From: Azolla caroliniana
Lineage: Eukaryota; Plantae; Polypodiophyta
NCBI GenBank assembly: GCA_043228905.1
Contig: JBHGNT010000015.1
Coordinates: forward strand, 12,524,001-12,588,000
DNA: 64,000 nucleotides
Direction of reading: 5' to 3'
Below the pieces are notes generated by a model. It had not been told where the DNA came from and ran no database searches. It saw only the letters and a list, made by a program, of their open reading frames with translations. Below are positions 55,401 to 64,000 of this stretch, one piece after another; the first letter of the stretch is position 1, and the number at the start of each line of letters is the position of its first letter. The translations under genes were made by a program, and so were the position numbers.

Positions 55401-57029
55401 TGTGCCAGTCCCCATACATCTGAATGAATAAGGTCAAGCTTGTTACGGCTACGGTTTCGTTCGATGGAATGGAAGCCGGTGTTGCTTCCTGAGTTGGCAG
55501 GCCTCACATATTTGGACCTTCAGGCCACTGAACTTCGGCAAACCGAAAACAACTTGTTTCGTTTGCAGGTCTTGAAGCCTCTGGTAATTGACGTGGTCGA
55601 TCTGCTTGTGCCAAAGATCAATATCCAATTCAATCTTCTGTCCTTTGGCGAACAAAGCGGTGCCGACGTCATTGGTGTCGAGGATGAACATCCTCCCATC
55701 TCTACGCCCTTGCGCAATAATCTGGCCCTCTTCCTCAATGAAGCACCCAAGGTGCGTAAACCGCACTTGCATCCCCTGGTCAATGATCTGACTGACTGAC
55801 AGCAGGTTCTTCGTGATAGTCGGAACGTGTAATACGTTCATCAACTTCCCCCTTTTTCCGATTTGGATTAAAGGGACTTCTCCCACATGCACGATTGGGT
55901 GAGTGTCATCTCCGGTTTCGACGACTCCCGGTTGTTCCGGTTTCTCCAAGAAAGAGAACCACTCCTTGTGGCTTGTCATGTGATTCGACGCACCAGAATC
56001 AACGTACCACACTTCCTCCGATTTGGAAGTGGTCTTCTTCATTGAGTTAGCCTCGTGTTTCATCACCAAGGCTGGCCCTTTACCGGCTTTTCCGGTTTTG
56101 GATCCTCCCAATCCTTCTGCGTAGTGCGAGTATTACTGGTTCTCTTGGTCGGCCTTGCCGGATCCGGATATGTCCGAATCGGCGCACTTCTTCCAGCACT
56201 CGCTTTCTCTGTGGCCCTTTTTACCACAATACCAGCATTCCATGTCAACCTTTGCTTGCCAGCCTCCGGTGCCGCCTTGACTCCCCCTGCTTGTGGAGGG
56301 GCCGGAACTGCTATCGACACGTTCTCTGTGCCTCCGGTCCTGCTCTTGTCGGCCTCTACCATTGCGAGCCGACCCACCTCGTCCACCACGCCCATGGGGC
56401 CAATCCGCCTCCGTGTATAGCATTCGGCTATCGGTGGGTGCACTTGTTGACGCACCAGCGTGGTTCTCCTCTACAAGGAGCATCGACTATAAGTCAAAAA
56501 ATGACGGCGTATTCTCCCTTGTACATACTGTCATTCGGAACGCTCTGAACTTAGATGTTAGGCCTCCAAGACAAATCTGCACCATCTCATCTTCCTCTAT
56601 AGTGACGTTGATAGAGGCAAGTGAGTCACAGATCTCTTTGATTCGGGTCGTGTAATCGGCTACCGACATGTCCTTCTGTCGAACATTGCTCAACTCCTGT
56701 CGGAGTTGCAGCTTCCGGGCCATAGTGCTTGCCGCGAAAACCTTCTTCAGGTTTCCCCAAGCTTCTTTTGGCGTCTTGGCATCTCGGGCATGGCTCAGCA
56801 GCTGGTCTCCGACACTAGACGCAAAACATTACATCACTCTGCTTGCCGCTTGTTCCCACATTGGGAAGTCCTCATCTGCTGCATCAAGTGTTGTGTCGTT
56901 AGCTTCATCGACATAGCTCCAGTAACCATGCCCAAACAGGTACTGATGCATCTTGTATGACCAAGATGCGTAGTTGGATTTGTCAAGCTTCTCCACCGAG
57001 AGCGAGCTAGCCATTCCTCTATCCATCAC
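52493..57029 (-). pseudogene. Degenerate gag-pol of copia J
   Basis: KLDKSNYASW, CWYCGKKGHRESEC, WYVDSGASNHM, AERKNR, DVKNAFLQG, LYVDDL, HARTKHIEVHYH. Confidence 0.92.
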
Positions 57030-57524
57030 TTCTCTTTCTGTTCTTACCGGGTCTTAGGGTTTGTCTTCAGATGTTGTGTCGGCTGCAGAGGTTCTCAACC
57101 CTCTCGCTCTGATACCATGTAAAAAACAAAGGTGCGGAAGCGTTGGACAACAAGCTTAGCCGGATAGCAACAAAGAAAGAGATAGATTAACACACAGAAG
57201 GTACGGAGGAGAGACAGAGAAAGAGCAGAACAACTTAAATCTATTATCAACAACTCTGTAAAATTCTCTGTACCTACAACGTGCTCAACAGCATTATTTA
57301 TACAAGTCCTAAGAGGACTGACAGAAGTACGGTGTACTTCAATACTCACACGAGCGTCTAACACTAACTACGAGACATTAACTACCTAGTAGTCTAGGCT
57401 GCTACTAGGCTTCCGATTACTACTTGATCCGGCTAGCCAGCTCCCCAGCTCACCGGCTTACCGATCCGGCTCATCCTTCTAGATGCCGATCCGGATCCGG
57501 TTGAGCTTGCCGCTCAACAATCCG

Positions 57525-57639
57525 CATATAGCAAAAGTATAATCACAACATTCCCAATGGCGACTTCTTCAACACATTCTTCTTTTACAAACTTGGTAAC
57601 CATTTCTTCCAATTCATCAATGCATAGACCAAATAGTGT

Positions 57640-57685
<46 letters not shown>
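57525..57685 (-). pseudogene. Upstream part of the LINE RT (LSPTLFG...LLLYAD) abutting a (GA)n microsatellite
   Basis: Joins 36820 in frame to restore LLLYADDVAF once J and one TSD copy are removed. Confidence 0.85.
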
Positions 57686-57690
<5 letters not shown>

Positions 57691-57944
57691 TGAATTGATA
57701 AGTCTCATACAACCAACCACTCATACATAGAATAACTCAACGTTCTGGTGGTTATAGTGAATGAAAAGGCATCCTATTGATTGGGGTGGTCCTTTTCATG
57801 CCTATATTTTGCTTTTCCTTTTTCTTTCTTTTTACTTCACGTTTTAATTAATCTACTAATTAGTTTATTACAACAAAGCCTCAAGGGCATTTATGTGTTC
57901 CCAAATTGTGGAGTTCAATCTTTTCCTTGATGACAAAGTATGGG

Positions 57945-58512
57945 CACTATTTGTTGATTCACTTCCAGATCTTCAACAAGGGGCACAGAAATTTCTTCTA
58001 CATCTCCCCATTCAAGAAACAACTATCTCTTCTAAGCTATGGTGTCATCCTCACAATGATGACCTAAATAACATATTCCTCTCAGCCTTTCAAGAGCAAC
58101 TACAAATTATTCTTATTATCGTCAATTTCTCGACATCACCTTTTGTGACAATCATTCTTGTTCTCAATATGTACCAAATCAGCTAGATCAACCATACCCT
58201 GAACTTGATTAGGCTAGAACAAATAGTATCGCCACTATTTGTTGATCCACTTCCAGATCTTCAACAAGGAGCAAACAAATTTATGCCACATCTCCCCATT
58301 CAGGAAACAACTATCTCTTCTAAGCTACGGTGTCATCCTCACAATGACGACCTAAAGAACATATTCCTCTCAGCCCTTCAAGAGAAACTACAAATTATTC
58401 TTGTACTATCATCAATTTCTCGACATCTCCTTTTGTGACAGTCATTCTTGTTCTCAATATGTACCAAGTTAGCTATATCGACCATACCCTAAACACGACT
58501 AGGCTACAACAA
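57945..58512. repeat. ~290-bp diverged tandem duplication of unknown origin
   Basis: 57945-58232 is repeated from 58233. Confidence 0.85.
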
Positions 58513-60741
58513 GGACTCCATAATGTAGAGAATGAGCAATTTCGGAACATTGTTCATTGCACTGTCTACTTGAATGTTGGCTACCACCAACACAACATAT
58601 GTAAGTACCATATGCTCAATTAGACCCTTGGTCATGCAATGACTAACATCAACGACCACGACAACATGGAATAGCCAAAATTCTTGTAGAGACTATTGAG
58701 CATCCTCCATATGGAAATTTGGGTGTAACCATTGTATATGCTCATACAAAACTTAAGAAACAACTTTATGCAAGACATAGAATCAAACTTTCAAACTTCA
58801 CTCCGTAGATCCTAACATTACTAAAAAACTAGAATTATTCCTCTATTCACAAGATGGCCAATTACTACAACTTTATAATTTGTTGGGTAACTCAAAGAAT
58901 ATGTGGTGCCTAGATTATGGTATCCTAACCTAAAACATCTTGACTATTAATGGCAACATGGGCATGCATCAGTGCTAAGGTAATGTCGTGCCAAATAGAG
59001 ATGTTTTGTAAAAGTTAATGCTATTGTGATACATATGGATGACATAACGAAAAGTATTGGTAATGTAGAACACCAAAAATTTGTAACTATTAATAGGGTC
59101 TAGTATATGTGCATAGCCTTGGAGTACCTTTATTCCTTTATATCATGTGAATTATACCCTTATAAAAGGATACTATCATTTTCACTTTTTGTATTGTGGG
59201 AAAAATGTCAATGTCAATGTTGTAAAACAGTGTTTGCTTCGTCTAACAAAGAGTCGTCTTCCATAATGTTCTCATGATTCCATCACCAAAATCACATACA
59301 ATGCAAACTAGGACATTCATAGTATTTTAAAAGATGCAAAATATAAATATGTGGTTTTATAAGGGTTTGTTTCATTTTCTGTTTGGATGGGGACTTGGAT
59401 ACAGACCTTGAATTAGATGGTTCTACACAAAACTCAAGGCCATGTAGGCATACGATCTAATTGTTGATCCCCAAGCGCTAAAATAATATCATGAGAAATT
59501 GTTGTTATAATGCTACATATACACAGGATATGTTTGACAAAATATGTTTGGTGGGACATTAAATCTTGTTGCAAATAGCTTATTTAAAAAGGTGTTCATA
59601 GAAAACCTTGAGTTCTAATGTATTTTACACTTCTAATTATTTAAAACTATTAGATGAAAAACCTTCTCATTATTTTCCCTTCAAGCGTGTTTTAAATTAT
59701 AGATAGATACTTCTAACTTTTGGGGAAAAAAAGTTCTCTTGTCCCTAAATCTCATTCAAACATGCTCCCATCGTTTGTCTTTGCTTCATTAAATACATCT
59801 CTATCTTGGACACACATCACGATACTAATAATTCAATGTCATCTTAGATTGTACACACATTTTATCTTCAAGTCATTGACATGATATATGTTAAAAACGC
59901 AAACATTCAATAAGTGGGGAGGTTTCAACATAAGCTGCATGATTGGTATCCTTGTTATTTATTTATTTGCTTGTGCACGTGTTGAAGCGACATTTGCTTT
60001 GTTAGTATGTACTGAATTTTCAAGTTTACTATTAAGAACTTTGGAAACCAACATATTCGAAAATGAGATATTTCTCTTATGTATGTTAAAGAATAATTAA
60101 TATCACCTTTTATATGGAGCCTTAACCGATTATGTTTATAAACATATTATTATCAACGTAATTGAATTCCTTTATTACTTGGGGTTGCGTGTCGATAAAG
60201 TCGCTTATGATTGAGACTAGGTTCCCAACTTGTCAAATTTTAATCAATATGAAAAACGTTTCCATAAACAACAAGTTGAAGTTTAATTTTGTACATTGTG
60301 AAACCCGTTTATTGATTGTAAGGGGAATAGCCTACCACAATTGTTCATCAATTTATTTGAAGGAAATATACAGCTTAGAGATTGATTGTTGGCCAAACCT
60401 ACATGATGTTAAAGAAATATGTCCACCTAAAATGAAAACCAAGTATTAGATCAATCATCATCAAGGGAAATTTTGAGTTAAGGAATACATCCTGAAGGGA
60501 ATTTTCATTTGTAGCAAATCCCCAACTTTCATCAAACATTAGTAGAGCTCATGTTTTGATATGTAGACATCTCCATAGTATTATTACTAAGTTATCCACA
60601 TGATGGATAAATATTGTTAATCCTATTGTTATATATTGGCTAGAATCATTAGATCATGAACACGTTGATCAATGAAACAAAGAACAATATTGGCTTCCTT
60701 GCCTTGTATGCTTGTCCATATCTGAATCTATGAAATGTGGA

Positions 60742-61400
60742 TTTTTTATTTTTTATTTTTTTTATTTTTTTTATTTTTATTTTTCCAAAAAAAAACTCCT
60801 TCCATTAGTTATAAAATTTTACAAATGAGGCGATTATATACAAATCCCTAAAGGGACGCGATAGTTCCATCTAATGTGGAAGCCCACTGACTCAAGAAAG
60901 GGAGAGGACGACCATTGTTGAATGAAGGCTATGCATTGTCTTTCAACTCCCTCGGAGCCACCTTTAAGGCCAGCATATTGGCTCTTCAGAGTGGCTACAA
61001 TTTCACTCCATATCTCTTGCAGTAACCTTGTTGGATGGGTGGTTTGGTTGGAGAAGACTCGCCTACATCGTTGTTTCCATAGAATCCAAAGGGTTATTGG
61101 GTTGACCAATTCCAACACCTCTTGAGATTGGTCATTAAGAGGAAAATAGTGGACATTGTCGCTGGAGGAGAAAAGAACCTCTTGTGCTTTTATCACCAAA
61201 GTCATCCCCTCCTCCCGATGCTCGTATCGGCCAATTGCAGCCTGCCATGATAGCCAACATATATTTCCCCATTGCATTGCAATTGCTTCAAGATGCATCA
61301 ATATATTCCTCTGTAAAACTGGCTTTCTTAAAACACCAATTTCCCGTAGGTCGGGAAAGATGTTGCAATTCACATTTCTAAAATATATCACATATGTTGC
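60742..61400 (-). mobile_element. 5'-truncated L1-like LINE 3' end with an A-rich tail
   Basis: ORF 60834-61391 contains ITLWILWKQRCRRVF, typical of plant L1 ORF2 C-termini; minus-strand A-rich tail at 60742-60784. Confidence 0.75.
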
Positions 61401-63211
61401 ACCAAAATCTTAATCTTGGATACATTCTAGAGCCCAACTTTGTGTCAATCATCCCCGCCTTGCTTCATATAACTTTGTTACAATGTTGCACCTTTGATCA
61501 TGCATTATCAACTTGATCCAATCCTTAAACACATTTTGCTCTCAATCACAACGTGCAAACTCAATTGCAATGTTTATTTTGTAAAATCCTTGAACATCAA
61601 GAGTGACTCAACTCTCCCCATACTAGGTCATAGTTTAACTCTCACCCCATAATAGGTCAAATTTTAACTTTGGGGTGGTATCCATTTGAAATATATTGTA
61701 TAATGCATTACAATTACAATGAAGACATTGGTTTCCAACAAGACAATAGAATCAATTATGTTATCTAGACTAGTTTTAGCCATGTTGAATCAAGCCTTCA
61801 TCATAATTCTTCATCAACTACCCTTGTGTCTCTTAATACTATAATATTATGATTTTATGTAAACAAACATTAGTAATGAAGTCTTAAAAGGTAAAACTAT
61901 TTCCATAACATACAACTTTAGCTCTCTATTGAGGATGATAATATCCTTTTCTCATCCTAAATGACCTCAATATGACTCTCCTACACAAAAATGCATCAAA
62001 TGAAAAGGATACTGATAGGGTTAAGCTAGTAATTTGATGTGACCTTGACCTATCAAAGACTTGGTTCCATGTCATAAGTCGTCAATTACATATATTGATG
62101 CTTCTCATTGCATGTATTGTTTTTTCACATTCTCCTATCTCTAGTAAAGACTCATTACATTGAATGAACGATTGGGTTAAGGGCAGAATCTCCAAACTTT
62201 AATATTTTGTTTAAACCTTAGCACCCAAACAGAAAGGTAGAATCTTCAAAGTTTAATCTTTCATATAAACCTTAGCATCCAAAGAGACATATTTGCTATA
62301 AACACTTTGGAAAGTGGTATACATTGTGGAATCAGCTTTCCCCAAGAGTGATTAGTAGTATTGCTCACACTACACAAGAACATAAGCTTAGGTATTTTTT
62401 ATTCTTGCAATAAGAAGCTCCTACATGCACTACAAATAGTCTGAACTGTTGAGCTAGGAGCCTAGGACACTAAATTAAGACACTCAATAAAATTGAATAT
62501 ATGAATTTGGTGATTCAATTCATCTTAACCCAATAAGCAAAAAATTTATTGTTACTGAAGGATTGGCAATACCATCATGCAATGTCCATTAGGACACTAT
62601 ATTGCACTATCAATAACGAAGATTACATTTTCCAAGAAGTAGGTGCATATTTGTTAGAGCATCTAACAGAATTTAATAATGCTTTCTTTGTCCAAATAGT
62701 CATTCCGCTGATCTTTATGTTGAGCTGTTACCGAACAATTCGTATGAAGACTGTTTCTAATGATATTGAACATGTAGTCACTATTGCCGCTTTACCTCAT
62801 GCATATTCGTACATGGCTGAGGTGTCATGCCAAATGAACCTCTGCTTGCTGTATGTAGTCTTCTTTTTTCTCTTCAGAAATGTAAAAATATGTGTATGTC
62901 AGAGAAACACCTATATAAAAAGCTAGTGAACCTTGGCTATTCATAGTCTTTCTTTCTTTCCTTCTCTTGAGACAAGCACACATATATATATAAGAGAACC
63001 GTCTATGCAAACACATGAATCGGTTCCATTAATTGATAAGAAATACCAAAAATCAACTGGAAAAGAATATCTCTTACAGAACAACAGCATTTAAATCTCT
63101 CACGGACAACCCGGAAAACCGATATTTGTTTTGCAAGCTCCTGCCAAATAAATAACAAATTGATGCAAAGCCAATTTTAAATTAGGATTAATAAGCAAAC
63201 ACGGTTCACAG

Positions 63212-63361
63212 CTACATCAACATATGCTTTTCATGAGATGCCGAAGTATTCCCACATAAAAAGAACCAGAATTTTGTGTTCTTCTTCTTCTTCTCCTTAT
63301 GTACAACTTGTTTTCCTTTCTCCTTCTCGGCAACAGAGTCGACCATGAACTTTAGAACAGC
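63212..63361 (-). CDS. Last coding exon of a PIRL-like LRR protein (AVLKFMVDSV...HMLM*)
   Basis: AG acceptor at 63363-63362; 150 nt open to TAG; AVLKFM continues the PIRL-type PP..I...G..AV..(Y/F)M motif. Confidence 0.75.
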   Translation of the reverse strand, partial: AVLKFMVDSVAEKEKGKQVVHKEKKKKNTKFWFFLCGNTSASHEKHMLM

Positions 63362-63480
63362 CTACACAAAGTTTGTGCCCAATGATAAGTAGTGAGAAAA
63401 CACACATCATGCATCATTCATGTTGTAAAGAAAATAGACAAAAAGATAGCACCCAACGCGAAAATGGCCTCTTTGTGACA

Positions 63481-63650
63481 TGATGTTTTACCATTGGCAT
63501 ATAAAATGAAAAACTTTAAAACTAATCAATGATTTGATCTAAGCACAGTGAATTGGTTCGTCTTTTGATGTTTTACCATTGGCATATAAAATGAAAAACT
63601 TTAAAACTAATCAATGATTTGATCTAAGCACAGTGAATCGGTTCGTCTTT
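63481..63650. repeat. 85-bp tandem duplication in the intron
   Basis: 63481-63565 and 63566-63650 are nearly identical. Confidence 0.92.
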
Positions 63651-63804
63651 TCAAAATTTTGTATTAAAAATTTGCTGTTTATTTGTCCAAATTTCCTTTT
63701 TCCTAGATTAGACTTCTTTCTTTGTACGTGATATGACCAGTTTTATCTAAAACCTTTGCGTGGAGGATTTGATCTACATGTCAGGTTTTCTTTTGGAGCA
63801 TTAC

Positions 63805-64000
63805 CTCTTTCCCTTGATTGACGATATGTATTGGGGGAAACCGCCAATTGTTCTCACCCAAGTCGAGCTGCTCTAGATTCGTTAGAAAAGCAAACGAATC
63901 CGGTAAAACCTTAAGTTGGTTGCAACTCAGATTCAAGACCTTAAGCTTTCGTAAATTCCCGATAGATAGTGGCAGTTCTTGCAATTCATTGAAATTAGAT
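63805..64000 (-). CDS. Exon of a plant intracellular Ras-group-related LRR (PIRL-like) protein, continuing past the right edge
   Basis: LQELPLSIGNLRKLKVLNLSCNQLKVLPDSFAFLTNLEQLDL LRR repeats; phase-0 GT donor at 63804. Confidence 0.85.

Larger units (their letters stand above)
36821..57519 (-). mobile_element. Element J: full-length degenerate Ty1/copia, host of chromovirus L
   Basis: LTRs 36821-37199 and 57118-57519; PBS-iMet TGGTATCAGAGC 57106-57117; PPT at 37200-37210; 5-bp TSD ATCCG at 36816-36820 and 57520-57524. Confidence 0.95.

Noticed and set aside
59888-63016. Short ORFs in the AT-rich region (59888, 60162, 62549, 62825)
   Set aside because: No motifs or coding-like composition; likely random.

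Overview
Eukaryotic plant DNA, probably from a non-seed plant (inferred from the retroelement lineages present). Positions 1-57.7 kb are a deeply nested retrotransposon island. It holds (i) a tRNA-Trp-primed non-chromovirus Ty3/gypsy group (Phygy/Selgy-like; my labels B, C1, C2, D, F, G) with 4-bp TSDs, (ii) two Athila/Tat-superclade gypsy copies (A1, A2), (iii) a chromovirus (L), (iv) several Ty1/copia elements or remnants (E, H, I, J, K, M) and (v) a LINE fragment. The last ~6 kb is AT-rich and holds a second LINE remnant and the 3' end of a PIRL-like LRR gene on the minus strand. The most unusual observations are: (1) a tRNA-like Pol III A-box/B-box cassette lying antisense in U3 of three LTR families from two distant lineages; (2) element A2 has no polypurine tract and instead carries a second, inverted tRNA primer-binding-like site at the plus-strand priming position; (3) all six visible insertion junctions of the Trp-primed group are centred on CpG or its deamination product; (4) a Tf1-like self-priming signature in the chromovirus; (5) a -1 frameshift/pseudoknot placed between protease and RT; (6) a young gag-only element inserted into the LTR of its likely helper. 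All coordinates were read by eye and lineage names were assigned by motif recognition, not by database search.
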